From Candidatus Sulfobium sp. (GTDB taxonomy: Bacteria > Nitrospirota > Thermodesulfovibrionia > Thermodesulfovibrionales > UBA6898), in assembly GCA_037380845.1 (NCBI GenBank), contig JARRRI010000012.1:10454-47972 (forward strand): a stretch of DNA of 37,519 nt, read 5' to 3'. How positions within the stretch are numbered: the first letter of the stretch is position 1; every line of letters starts with the position of its first letter. Position numbers and translations under genes: made by a program. Below are positions 1 to 9,346 of the stretch, one piece after another. A model generated the notes under the pieces. That model ran no database searches. It was not told the origin of the DNA and worked only from the letters and a program-made list of their open reading frames with translations.

Positions 1-1
1 C

Positions 2-463
2 GGGAACGTGGCTTTCCCCCTGAGGGAGAAGACGAAGTTGGGGAGCAGCGAGGTCAGGGAGCGGGTTTTGGCGGCGCTTCATGACGTCGGGCTCACGGGC
101 ATGGGCAAGAAGTATCCTGCCGAAATCAGCGGCGGGATGAAAAGGAGGGTGGCCCTGGCGAGGGCTCTGATAACGGAACCTTCCATCGTCCTGTTCGATG
201 AGCCCACGACCGGTCTCGACCCGATCATCCTTCACTCGATACATAATCTCATCATGGATACCCACAGGAAGTACGGGTTCACCGGACTGATAATCAGTCA
301 TGAAATACCAGAGATATTCGGGATTGCGAACAAGATAGCGATGTTGTACGATGGGGTTATTGTCGAGGCGGGTACGCCGGACGAGATAAAGAATTCTTCC
401 GATCCGGTCGTGAAACAGTTTATTACAGGTTCGCTGGAAGGACCGATTGAAACCGTGACATAG
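2..463 (+). CDS. mlaF: Mla/Ttg2 ABC transporter ATP-binding subunit, 5'-truncated by the window edge
   Basis: Frame is open from position 2 (GNVAFPL...). Signature ISGGMKRR, Walker B/D-loop VLFDEPTTGLDP, H-loop IISHE, MlaF-type C-terminus DPVVKQFITG..EGPI. Lies directly upstream of mlaD. Confidence 0.9.
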   Translation, partial: GNVAFPLREKTKLGSSEVRERVLAALHDVGLTGMGKKYPAEISGGMKRRVALARALITEPSIVLFDEPTTGLDPIILHSIHNLIMDTHRKYGFTGLIISHEIPEIFGIANKIAMLYDGVIVEAGTPDEIKNSSDPVVKQFITGSLEGPIETVT

Positions 464-486
464 AGAGCGGTCCGAAGGAGGTCGAA

Positions 487-936
487 ATGAAGAAAAAGGT
501 CGATCTGGAACTGGTGGTCGGGGTCTTCCTGCTGGTCGGCATATTTTCGCTGGCGTATATATCGGTGAAGCTGGGGCGGCTTGAAGTACTGGGTAGCGAG
601 GGATATACTGTATCTGCGGACTTCGACAACGACGGCGGAATCAAGGCCGGATCTTCCGTCGAGATAGCCGGTGTGCCGATCGGCCGGGTGACGGGAGTAA
701 GGCTTGACCACGAAAGTTATCAGGCCGTCGTGACGATGCAGATCAATGAAGGCATAAAGCTTCAGGATGACGCCATTGCGTCAATCAAGACAAAGGGTCT
801 TATAGGCGAAAAATTCATACAAATAACGCCCGGGGCCTCGGAAAAAATCATACGGGACGGTGGAACGATCAGGGATACGGAATCTGCGATAGACATAGAA
901 TCGTTGATCTCGAAATTCGTCTTCGGGAAGGTGTGA
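487..936 (+). CDS. mlaD: MCE-domain lipid asymmetry protein MlaD
   Basis: N-terminal TM (LVVGVFLLVGIFSLAYI), MCE motifs GGIKAGSSVEIAGVPIGRV and TKGLIGEKFIQITPG. SD aaggagg upstream. Confidence 0.93.
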   Translation: MKKKVDLELVVGVFLLVGIFSLAYISVKLGRLEVLGSEGYTVSADFDNDGGIKAGSSVEIAGVPIGRVTGVRLDHESYQAVVTMQINEGIKLQDDAIASIKTKGLIGEKFIQITPGASEKIIRDGGTIRDTESAIDIESLISKFVFGKV

Positions 937-1553
937 ATATGAATATTAAAAAAAGCTCCGCGTTGCTGTTCACTCTCTGCTTTTTCGTCATTCTCATCGG
1001 TGTCCGGCCTGTCCTGGCGGGTGTACCGATGGACGAGGTAAAGAAGACGACCGATGAGGTGCTCGGCGTACTGAGAAACAAGGAACTCAAGGGGCCGGAG
1101 AAAGAAGAGTTAAGAAGGCAGAAGATCCTTGAGATCGTTTCGAAGATATTTGATTTCCGGGAGATGGCAAAACGTTCAATGGGGATATACTGGCGGAGGC
1201 GGACGCCGGAAGAAAGGAAAGAATTCGTTCCGCTGTATAAAGATCTTCTCAACGCCACCTACATGAGGAAAGTTGAAAAGTATACTAACGAAAAGATCGT
1301 TTATACCGACGAGTCGATCGAGGGCGACTACGCTGTCGTCAGAACAAGAGTCATAACAAAGACCGGTACAGAAATACCGCTGGATTACCGGTTGATGAAG
1401 AAAGACGGCAGGTGGGTTGTCTACGATGTGGTCATAGAAGGGGTGAGCCTGGTAAACAACTACCGTTCCCAGTTCAGTCAGATCATACGCTCCGACTCAT
1501 ACGAAGAACTGGTGAAAAAGCTGAAGAAAAAGACGATGAAAGAGCCAAAATAG
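933..1553 (+). CDS. mlaC: Periplasmic phospholipid-binding protein MlaC/Ttg2D (start may be the ATG at 939)
   Basis: Signal peptide ending VLA, FDFREMAKRSMG, and the MlaC C-terminal motif WVVYDVVIEGVSLVNNYRSQF. Confidence 0.92.
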   Translation: MNMNIKKSSALLFTLCFFVILIGVRPVLAGVPMDEVKKTTDEVLGVLRNKELKGPEKEELRRQKILEIVSKIFDFREMAKRSMGIYWRRRTPEERKEFVPLYKDLLNATYMRKVEKYTNEKIVYTDESIEGDYAVVRTRVITKTGTEIPLDYRLMKKDGRWVVYDVVIEGVSLVNNYRSQFSQIIRSDSYEELVKKLKKKTMKEPK

Positions 1554-1587
1554 GTCTCCGCTGACTTGAGCTTGCAGCCGCACGGAC

Positions 1588-2427
1588 TTATTTCCTGATC
1601 TCGCTCTCCCTGTGCTGGTAATAGGCGTTGCGGATGGCGATATAAGGGTCCAGGGCTGATTCCTTCAGGTCCTCGTAATCGCCGATGTGAAGGGATGTGT
1701 AGTTGACGGTCTCGTATGCACGGACACCGACGGCATCCCACCAAAAAGGGGTAACATAGTTTGGAGGGTCGAGGAACCCGTCTCCGACCATTCCTACCGT
1801 GTCCCGCGCCGAGGAGGGGCCCAGTATCGGCCAGACGATATAGAATCCATTGCCGATGCCATAGGACCCAAAAGTTTGCCCGAGGTCCTCATTGCTCCCC
1901 CGCGCGTTGGGATTGTCCTTGAGAACGTCAAACAGGCCTCCTATGCCGCCCGTGCTGTTTACGACAAACCTTCCGACCTCCTTGGCAGCGCTGTGGAATT
2001 TCAGTTGAAGAATACAATTCACAAACCGGATCGGCATCGCGATATTATGGAAGAAGTTCCGGACCCTGACACGCCCCCATTCAGGTACGACCGCGCCATA
2101 TCCCTGAGACACCGGCTTCAGGATCCAGAAGTAGAACCTGTCGTTGAAGGTGTACATGGCACGGTTCCACGGTTCGAGCGGGTCGGCTATACCTTTCTCT
2201 TCCGGGACTCTTTCCTCCTCTGTCTCATATGCCGGCATTACAACCTCGTTTGCAACGGCCACCGTTTCAGCTGCGGTTTCCTGCTTTGGGTCGACCGGGG
2301 AACGGTCCGCCGCATAAGATCGGACAGGTGTATAAACAGAGAGTGCCAGGATTACACAGAGTATCACGCGCCTTCTTAATATCATTTCTTCTTCCACCTT
2401 TGTTGGAGTTCGCTGTTCTTTTTTCAT
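1588..2427 (-). CDS. mlaA: VacJ/MlaA family outer-membrane lipid asymmetry protein (true start may be the internal MILRRR)
   Basis: DPLEPWNRAMYTFND, RFVVNSTGGIGGLFD, EDLGQTFGSYGIGNGFYIVWPILGPSSARD, DPYIAIRNAY. Confidence 0.92.
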   Translation of the reverse strand: MKKEQRTPTKVEEEMILRRRVILCVILALSVYTPVRSYAADRSPVDPKQETAAETVAVANEVVMPAYETEEERVPEEKGIADPLEPWNRAMYTFNDRFYFWILKPVSQGYGAVVPEWGRVRVRNFFHNIAMPIRFVNCILQLKFHSAAKEVGRFVVNSTGGIGGLFDVLKDNPNARGSNEDLGQTFGSYGIGNGFYIVWPILGPSSARDTVGMVGDGFLDPPNYVTPFWWDAVGVRAYETVNYTSLHIGDYEDLKESALDPYIAIRNAYYQHRESEIRK

Positions 2428-2561
2428 ATTTTACGTGATTGCGGAAAAAAGTCTATCCGGAATATTTTTAGTACCCCATGAAAACTGATTTGTCGCGAGG
2501 GTATTTTTTTCTGCATAATGGCTGCAATGCCCGGCATTCCGGCCTTATGCGGGAGCTTCCG

Positions 2562-3524
2562 TCAATATTTCATTACTTCGCCAACGGCCTTCTTGATACG
2601 GCCGACGGTGGGCATGTAGTAGTCCTCAAGCTTGGGAAGGGGGATTACGGCATCATAGCCGGTGACTCTCATGATCGGGGCCTTGAGGTACAGCATGGCG
2701 TCTTCGGCCAGAGAGGCTGAAATTTCACCGCCTACTCCGCAGGTTTTAGGCGCCTCATGTACGATAACTACCCTCCCGGTTTTTTTGGCCGATTTGTAAA
2801 GGGTTTCTTCGTCGAAGGGACTTAAGGTCATCAGATCGATTACCTCGGCATCCATTCCTTCGGTCGCTTTGAGACAACGGTGCAGCATGCTCCCCCATGC
2901 TACAAGCGTGACTTCCTTGCCTGCTCTCGCGATCCTGGCCTTCCCCAGAGGTACCGCATACTCCTCTTCGTCGACATCCTCTTTTATCTGCCTGTAGACC
3001 CGTGTAGATTCGAGAAAGACGACCGGATCAGGGTCCCTGATGGCGGATATCAAAAGCCCTTTTGCAGTCGAGGGTGTGGATGGAACAACGACCTTGATTC
3101 CCGGCATATGACAGAACAGTGCCTCGGTGCTTTCGGAGTGGATCTCCGGCGCCCTGATCCCCGCGCCATAAGGCGTCCGTACGACCAGCGGGCAATTGTA
3201 CCTTCCCCTGGAGCGCGAGCGGAGTCTGGACGCATGAGAAAAGATCTGGTCGAGGGCGGGGTAGATAAACCCCATGAACTGTATCTCCGCCACGGGTTTC
3301 AATCCATAGGCCGCCATACCTATGGCGGTGCCTACTATGCCGGATTCTGAAAGCGGAGTGTCCATGACTCTCTCAGGGCCGAACTTCTCCAAAAGCCCTT
3401 CGGTCACCCGGAAAACTCCTCCGTCGCGGCCGACATCTTCTCCCATCACGATTACGCTGTCGTCTCTTGCCATCTCCTGCTTCAAGGCAAGGTTAATTGC
3501 CTGCACCATGTTCATTCTCGGCAT
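2562..3524 (-). CDS. pdhB: 2-oxoacid (pyruvate) dehydrogenase E1 beta subunit
   Basis: GEDVGRDGGVFRVT, DTPLSESGIVG, EIQFMGF, HSESTEA, KTGRVVIVHEA. Confidence 0.92.
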   Translation of the reverse strand: MPRMNMVQAINLALKQEMARDDSVIVMGEDVGRDGGVFRVTEGLLEKFGPERVMDTPLSESGIVGTAIGMAAYGLKPVAEIQFMGFIYPALDQIFSHASRLRSRSRGRYNCPLVVRTPYGAGIRAPEIHSESTEALFCHMPGIKVVVPSTPSTAKGLLISAIRDPDPVVFLESTRVYRQIKEDVDEEEYAVPLGKARIARAGKEVTLVAWGSMLHRCLKATEGMDAEVIDLMTLSPFDEETLYKSAKKTGRVVIVHEAPKTCGVGGEISASLAEDAMLYLKAPIMRVTGYDAVIPLPKLEDYYMPTVGRIKKAVGEVMKY

Positions 3525-3525
3525 A

Positions 3526-4581
3526 TCAAAAATCCCTCAACTCTCTTTGCTGTCTCTCAGTCGGTTCTTCGTATGTGAATTTAATCATGTCCGGGGGCTG
3601 CGGCGGTTCCACCGACTCCGCCGTCTTCACGGCTTCGTCCACCTTCTTCTTGGCATCCTCTCCGACTTTATTCCTGTATTCATCCGTCAGCATTCCCTTT
3701 TTCTCCATGAACAACTCCAGCCTGAGAATAGGGTCCTTCTCCTTCCACTTCTCTATTTCCTCTTTCTGGCGGTATCTCGACGCATCGTCAGCTGTGGTGT
3801 GGTCCGACATGCGGTAGGTGTAACATTCTATCAGGGTCGGCCCCTCTCCGTTTTTTGCCTTGTCGACGGCATCCTTCGTTGCCTTATACACGGCGAAAAC
3901 GTCGTTGCCGTCTACCTGGATGCCCTCAAAACCGTATGCCACGGCCTTCTGGGCAAGGGTTTTGGCCGCGGTCTGTCTCTCACGGGGGACCGATATCGCC
4001 CACTGGTTGTTCTGGCAGACGAAGATGACCGGAGCCTTGAAAACGCCGGCGAAATTCAGCGCCTCGTGAAAGTCGCCCTCGGACGTCCCCCCGTCTCCGA
4101 AATAAACCGCCGAGGCGACTTTGTCCTTCCTGTATTTTGCCGCCATGGCGGCCCCGGAAGCATGAGGGAGATGCGTCCCCACGGGGATACATACCGGGAA
4201 GACGTTCAGATCTTCGGGCGTCTTCAGCCCTCTTTCATCACCGGACCAGTACTGAAAAAGCATGTAAGGAGGATACCCCCGGGCGATATATACCCCCATT
4301 TCCCTGAAGGAGGGGAAGGCCCAGTCGGCCTTTTCCAGTGCAAATGCGCTGGCCACCTGGGACGCCTCCTGTCCGAGAATGGAAGCGTAAGTGCCTATCC
4401 TTCCCTCCCTCTGCAGGTTCAACGCCCGGTGGTCAAAGGTCCTGCAGAGGACCAGCAGTTCATAAATCTCCTTTATCTGCTCATCCGAAAGAGGCGGCAT
4501 CAGCGCTTCGTCGGCCTCGCCTTTTTCGTTGAGGATATCGAGTCGTTTGATATTATACGATTCAATTGTATTTTCCGGCAT
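3526..4581 (-). CDS. pdhA: 2-oxoacid (pyruvate) dehydrogenase E1 alpha subunit
   Basis: LQREGRIGTY, GQEASQV, TPP motif GDGGTSEGDFHEALNFA...QNNQWAIS, YRMSDHTTADD. SD agaaaggtgg. Substrate (pyruvate or branched-chain) is not resolved. Confidence 0.9.
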   Translation of the reverse strand: MPENTIESYNIKRLDILNEKGEADEALMPPLSDEQIKEIYELLVLCRTFDHRALNLQREGRIGTYASILGQEASQVASAFALEKADWAFPSFREMGVYIARGYPPYMLFQYWSGDERGLKTPEDLNVFPVCIPVGTHLPHASGAAMAAKYRKDKVASAVYFGDGGTSEGDFHEALNFAGVFKAPVIFVCQNNQWAISVPRERQTAAKTLAQKAVAYGFEGIQVDGNDVFAVYKATKDAVDKAKNGEGPTLIECYTYRMSDHTTADDASRYRQKEEIEKWKEKDPILRLELFMEKKGMLTDEYRNKVGEDAKKKVDEAVKTAESVEPPQPPDMIKFTYEEPTERQQRELRDF

Positions 4582-4929
4582 CTGGTTCCACCTTCTTTCT
4601 TATTTGGCGGCACAGTCCGTACCCCGGCCGCCGTCACGTAAATGTTATCACATATTTCCCCGGGATTGTATACCCGTCATTGCATCTGGAGGGGATCAGG
4701 TATCCATAAAAAGGCCATATATAGCAGGGGGATTTACGATGTTGCGGAGATCGCAGACATGAAGTCGGGACGCCTCCCGTGCATCGCATCAGGTGGACAC
4801 CCGGCAAACTTGTGGAGCCGTTCGCAATTAGTGCCGCCGCAAAGGTTTCAGAAGCGGCGGGCAGTAATAATGCACGTGCTGCCGGACTTTACTGCGACCC
4901 TCCCGGACTGCGTTCAAAAGCGGCGCTTG

Positions 4930-5541
4930 TCACGCCTTCCGCACAAACTCCCCGAACCCCTTGAGCACCTTCAGCCCCAGTCCCTGGCTTTTCTCCGGAT
5001 GGAACTGGGTGGCGAATACGTTTTCCTTCCATATCATGGATGTGAAGTTGACCCCATAGTCCGTTGTCCCCGAGACAATGTCCGGGTCCTCGGGAACGAT
5101 GTAGAAGGAATGGACAAAGTAAAAGAACGAGTCATCCGCTATCTCACCGAATATAGGCGGCCTTCTTAAGACGTGCACATTATTCCAGCCCATGTGGGGA
5201 ACTTTCTCTTTTATCCTGAACCTCACGACCCTTCCCCCGAAGATATCGAGTCCCCCGCATGTGCCGAACTCCTCCGATTCACTGAAGAGGACCTGCAGCC
5301 CCAGACATATTCCCAGATAGGGTTTACCTTTTCGGATCGATTTTGCTATCGTTTCGGTCAGCGAGAGGTCCGTCAGGTTCCTTACACAGTCCCTGAAAGC
5401 GCCAACACCCGGCAGCACTATTGCCGCTGCGTTGTCTATGACCTTCGGGTCGGAGGTGACCACGGCGTCAACCCCGACCTTCTTGAAGCCCTTTTCAACG
5501 CTCCGCAGATTACCCATACCGTAGTCGACAATGGCGATCAT
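4930..5541 (-). CDS. hisH: Imidazole glycerol phosphate synthase glutamine amidotransferase subunit
   Basis: IVDYGMGNLRSV, LPGVGAF, catalytic GICLG, VPHMGWN, YFVHSF, QFHPEKS. Confidence 0.96.
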   Translation of the reverse strand: MIAIVDYGMGNLRSVEKGFKKVGVDAVVTSDPKVIDNAAAIVLPGVGAFRDCVRNLTDLSLTETIAKSIRKGKPYLGICLGLQVLFSESEEFGTCGGLDIFGGRVVRFRIKEKVPHMGWNNVHVLRRPPIFGEIADDSFFYFVHSFYIVPEDPDIVSGTTDYGVNFTSMIWKENVFATQFHPEKSQGLGLKVLKGFGEFVRKA

Positions 5542-5546
5542 GTTTT

Positions 5547-5576
5547 AAATTACTTTTCCGGTCGCAATGTTGTCAA
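5547..5576 (-). promoter_or_regulatory. Putative sigma70 promoter of hisH
   Basis: Minus strand TTGACA (5576-5571), 18-nt spacer, TAATTT (5552-5547), ending 5 nt before the ATG. Confidence 0.5.
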
Positions 5577-5690
5577 CATTTCCCTGAAACGGCTGTATAT
5601 TTCACTGTGCCGCAATTTCTTTTCGGCCCGCGTTCCAGGTTAACCAACGCAGGCCTTTCCTTCTTCACTTTCCGGCTCAGGTCCAATTCA

Positions 5691-5720
5691 TTGACACTCC
5701 CCGATTTGTACTGATATACT
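5691..5720 (+). promoter_or_regulatory. Putative sigma70 promoter of the chemosensory operon
   Basis: TTGACA (5691-5696), 18-nt spacer containing a TGn extension, TATACT (5715-5720). Confidence 0.7.
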
Positions 5721-5934
5721 CCACTATTGAAAGAAGCGGCGCCGGTTGCCGTGCGCCTGTTTTCAGGGTTTCTGGGACGGACTTTTATGTGATGGTGAGG
5801 GGAAGGAAAAGAAAAGAAATGGAAATCCCCGCCGGTGGAAGGGGTGAGAGGCTTCTCCCGACAACTGTCATCCGGATGGGGACATATCCCGGCATGAAAG
5901 GTCCGGCAGGTTTTTCCGAAGGGTCCGGCATACC

Positions 5935-6887
5935 ATGAGTCTGGCAGGAAGACTTGAAGACCTCGCAGTCGCCGATATATTCCAGATATTGAGTGTGGGG
6001 AGAAAATCCGGCACTCTCGTGGTCAACGGCAGCAGTGGAAAGGCGGTTGTCGTATTCAGGAACGGCCTGGTCGTCAGGGCGGAAACGAACGACCTGGAGA
6101 AGAGCCTCGGGACGAACCTTCTCGAAGCCGGCCTTATCAAAAAGACCGTTCTGGACCTCGCCCTGGAGATAAAAAAAGAGGATAGAAAGAGTCATTTACA
6201 GGCTCCTGCTGTGGGAGGACGGCGATTTTCAGTTTGAACTGGACGACCTGGATACTGAGGGAAAGACCGACCTTGACGATCTGGGGTGGGAGCTCTCCAA
6301 AGGAATGAGCCCGGAATATCTTCTCATGGAAGGGGCTCGCGTCCATGACGAATCTTCCCAGACATCTTTTATGCCCGATGAAGGTTTCTCCGGGGACATG
6401 ATGGAAGAGGCGGGATGGGACGAGGACTGGGAGAGGCCGGCCGTCGAGCGGAAGGATATATCTTCTTTGAAGTCTCTTACCCGTGAACTCAGGTTCCCCA
6501 ATTCAACCTCGGAAATAACGCTGCTCATACTCAGGTTTGCCAGCGATATCTTCCAGCGGGGTGTGCTCTTCATGGTCGGCAATGATGAACTGGTGGGACT
6601 GGGACAGTTCGGTCTGGAAATGGAGAGACCGGATGAAAGGGTCAGGGATACGGTCCTGCGGGTGGAGGAGAGCCCTTTTTTCAGAAAGATACTGATAGAG
6701 CAGATGCCTTACAAAGGTAAGATGGAGGACGACCGTGTCACCAGGAAGATGTTGGATGAACTCGGGGGACTGGACCCCCCGGAGAGTGCCGTTTTCCCCA
6801 TCATAGCGGAGGGACGGGTGGTTGCCCTCCTTTACTGCGACAACGGTTCTTCCGGGGAGTCACCGGCGGAGGCTATCGGGTCGATAG
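5935..6887 (+). pseudogene. DUF4388 (PatA_N-like) plus C-terminal GAF-like protein, frameshifted near 6177 and again near 6870
   Basis: MSLAGRLEDLAVADIFQILSVGRKSGTL is a typical DUF4388 start. The +1 frame from 6176 continues KRIERVIYRLLLWEDGDFQFE...SPEYLLMEGARVHDE, then a GAF-like part (RGVLFMV...FPIIAEGRVVALLYCDN). The probable natural end RLSGR* (TAG 6885-6887) is in another frame. Confidence 0.75.
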
Positions 6888-6995
6888 AAGCGGGCGCCGG
6901 GAAGAATTTATTCTGGATTCCCGGCCATGGATTCTGTATTCTAGAGAGTGGCCCGGGGACAGAGAACCGGCGGGCGCTCAAAGGGGGAGGTGGTT

Positions 6996-7364
6996 GTGAA
7001 AAAAATTCTCTTGGTCGAAGATTCGGCCACGACCAGGGCCCTCATCAGGGCCATTATCGACGAACTCGGCGGGTTCGAGATCGTGGAGGCCTCTACCGGG
7101 TTCGAGGCTTTAAAAATCCTGCCTTCCCAGGAATACGAGCTGATCATAACGGACATCAACATGCCCGACATCAACGGACTCGAACTCATCAGCTTCGTCA
7201 GGAACAACGAGAAATATAACCGGCTGCCTATTGTAATCGTAAGCACCGAAAAGAGTGAGGAGGACAGAAAGAGAGGGATGGCGCTCGGAGCCACCGCCTA
7301 TCTTGCAAAACCCTTTACCTCCTCTGAACTTCAGGAAATGATAAAGAACACCGTCCATTTATGA
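6996..7364 (+). CDS. cheY: Single-domain response regulator (CheY-like)
   Basis: GTG start after SD ggggagg. ILLVEDS, phospho-acceptor in ITDINMPDINGLEL, VST, YLAKPF. Overlaps the cheA start (ATGA). Confidence 0.88.
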   Translation: MKKILLVEDSATTRALIRAIIDELGGFEIVEASTGFEALKILPSQEYELIITDINMPDINGLELISFVRNNEKYNRLPIVIVSTEKSEEDRKRGMALGATAYLAKPFTSSELQEMIKNTVHL

Positions 7365-9346
7365 AGTCTTCCAGAAAGGAATTCATTGCCGAGTCGGAAG
7401 AGCTTATTGAGGAGGCTCAGAGGCTGATACTCGAAATACAGGATACAGCTTCAACAGGTCTTAATCCCGATTCGATCAATGCCCTTTTCCGCTGCATGCA
7501 CACCCTTAAGGGGATTTCCGGTCTCTTCGGCCTCTCAGGCATAACCAGTATAAGCCATTCTCTCGAAACCCTGATGGACGAGGTGAGGCTGGGGAAAATC
7601 GGGGTGAGCGCCGCGGTTGTCAACTTCCTCTTTAAAAACATCGATATTCTGAAGGGCATGGTGGAGGATGTCGGCGGGGGAAATGAAGAAGGAGATGTCA
7701 CAGATGTCATAAATGACATAGAGGCATTCAGGGAATCGCAGAAAACCGGGGCCGGGGATGTTTCAAAGGGCGCTCTTATAGACGAGGCCATCCTGAAGGT
7801 ATTGTCGGAATACGAGGAACACAGACTCGACTTCAATTTAAATGAAGGAAACGGCATATATCTTGCCAAGGCGGTTTTCCCCCTGGATGTATTCGACAAG
7901 TTGCTCGAGGAGCTCACGAAGATAATAAAGTCCAAGGGGGAGCTGATCTCGACACTTCCCACCTCGACCGACGTACCGGACGGATGTATCGGGTTCAACC
8001 TTATGTTTGGCAGCAGGAGCAGGAATGAAGAGATACAGAAGGACGTTGACCTGGAAATAGAAACGCTTGTCGCCCCGAAGCCGGCCCTGGTGCGGCCGCC
8101 CTCATCTGCGGGCGAGACACAGAAGGAGACGGAGGTCCATCTGAAGAGCACGACATCGACCGTCAGGGTAGATATCGACAAGCTTGACCGGATACTCAAC
8201 ACGGTGGGTGAGTTGACGCTTGCAAAGGGGGCGGTTAAGCGGATAGGCGTGGAGCTTGCGGAAATACACGGGCAGAACGCGCTGGCTTACGATATTCATA
8301 AGATATCGCAGACGATGGAGACAAGGCTCGCCGAGCTTCAGGACCAGGTCCTGGAGATACGAATGGTGCCGATAGGCCAGATATTTGCCCGTTTGGCCCA
8401 GGTAGTGAAGCGGTATTCAAAAGAGATCGGCAAGGAGATCGAATTCGTGATGTACGGGGAGGAGACGGAACTCGACAAGTATCTGGCCGAGGAGATTGTG
8501 GACCCCCTGATGCATCTTGTCCGGAACGCAATCGACCACGGCATAGAGTTTCCGGAAGAGAGGCTGAAGAAAGGGAAAAAAGAGGCGGGCACGGTGATCC
8601 TCAAGGCCTATCAGAAGGGCAACCACGTCATGGTGGAACTCAGGGATGACGGTTCCGGAATCGATGTCGACAGGGTGAAACGCAAGGCGCTGGAAAAAGG
8701 GCTCCTCGAAGAAGAAGTTGAGATGGAAGAAAGCAGGATTATAGATTTTATCTTTGTCCCCGGATTCAGCACAAAAGACGAAGTCAGCGAGGTCTCCGGG
8801 AGGGGAGTCGGCATGGACGTGGTCAGGGAGAAGTTGTCGGCGCTCGGCGGGTTTGCGGAAGTGGAAACCGTCAGAGATTCGGGCACCGCTTTTATGTTGA
8901 CCCTTCCTATCACCCTTGCCATCATCAAGGCGCTTGTGGTGAGAGTAGGTGAAGAGAAATTTGCCGTACCTCTTACCTCAATGTCCGAAACCATGATAGT
9001 GGAACACCGGGACATACAGACCGTGGAGGGGAAGGAGGTTTATTATCTCAGGGGTGACATGCTGCCCATAATAAGGGTAGGCAGGTTCTTCGATCTCAAG
9101 GGCGACGACAGTGAGAGGTCCTTCGCGGTGGTGGTCGGCTTAGGGGAGCGGAGAGTGGGTGTCCTTGTCGACGAACTGTACGGCCAGCAGGAGATAGTCA
9201 TCAAATCGCTTGGGGACTATCTGAAAAAATTAAGGGGGTTTGCAGGTGCCGCCGAGATCGGGAAACACAATGTGATCCTTGTCCTCGATATAGAGTCCCT
9301 GATCGACGAATCTGTTATTAAGCAGAAGGGGGTTGCCAATGTTTGA
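7361..9346 (+). CDS. cheA: Chemotaxis-family histidine kinase CheA
   Basis: HPt FRCMHTLKG, dimerization VRVDIDKLD, HATPase HLVRNAIDHG / DDGSGID / GFST..SGRGVGMDVV, C-terminal CheW domain. Confidence 0.96.
   Translation: MKSSRKEFIAESEELIEEAQRLILEIQDTASTGLNPDSINALFRCMHTLKGISGLFGLSGITSISHSLETLMDEVRLGKIGVSAAVVNFLFKNIDILKGMVEDVGGGNEEGDVTDVINDIEAFRESQKTGAGDVSKGALIDEAILKVLSEYEEHRLDFNLNEGNGIYLAKAVFPLDVFDKLLEELTKIIKSKGELISTLPTSTDVPDGCIGFNLMFGSRSRNEEIQKDVDLEIETLVAPKPALVRPPSSAGETQKETEVHLKSTTSTVRVDIDKLDRILNTVGELTLAKGAVKRIGVELAEIHGQNALAYDIHKISQTMETRLAELQDQVLEIRMVPIGQIFARLAQVVKRYSKEIGKEIEFVMYGEETELDKYLAEEIVDPLMHLVRNAIDHGIEFPEERLKKGKKEAGTVILKAYQKGNHVMVELRDDGSGIDVDRVKRKALEKGLLEEEVEMEESRIIDFIFVPGFSTKDEVSEVSGRGVGMDVVREKLSALGGFAEVETVRDSGTAFMLTLPITLAIIKALVVRVGEEKFAVPLTSMSETMIVEHRDIQTVEGKEVYYLRGDMLPIIRVGRFFDLKGDDSERSFAVVVGLGERRVGVLVDELYGQQEIVIKSLGDYLKKLRGFAGAAEIGKHNVILVLDIESLIDESVIKQKGVANV

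Noticed and set aside
3322..4641. 439-aa plus-strand ORF and other long shadow ORFs (e.g. 27198-28436, 16238-17134, 11287-12102, 7417-8202)
   Set aside because: They are antisense to well-supported genes, show no recognisable motifs, and are expected in GC-rich coding DNA.
4800..4890. c-di-GMP-I (GEMM) riboswitch suggested by GGCAAAC...GCAAAG
   Set aside because: No GNRA tetraloop in the first stem, spacing is off, and it lies on the strand opposite both flanking genes.
6169..6180. Programmed -1 frameshift at AAAAAAAG in the DUF4388 gene
   Set aside because: The A_AAA_AAG heptamer is not in the phase of the upstream frame, the required shift is +1, and coding sequence appears to be missing as well.
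6888..7219. C-terminal third of the 304-aa ORF 6305-7219 as real protein
   Set aside because: It is read-through after the ~6870 lesion and overlaps cheY out of frame.
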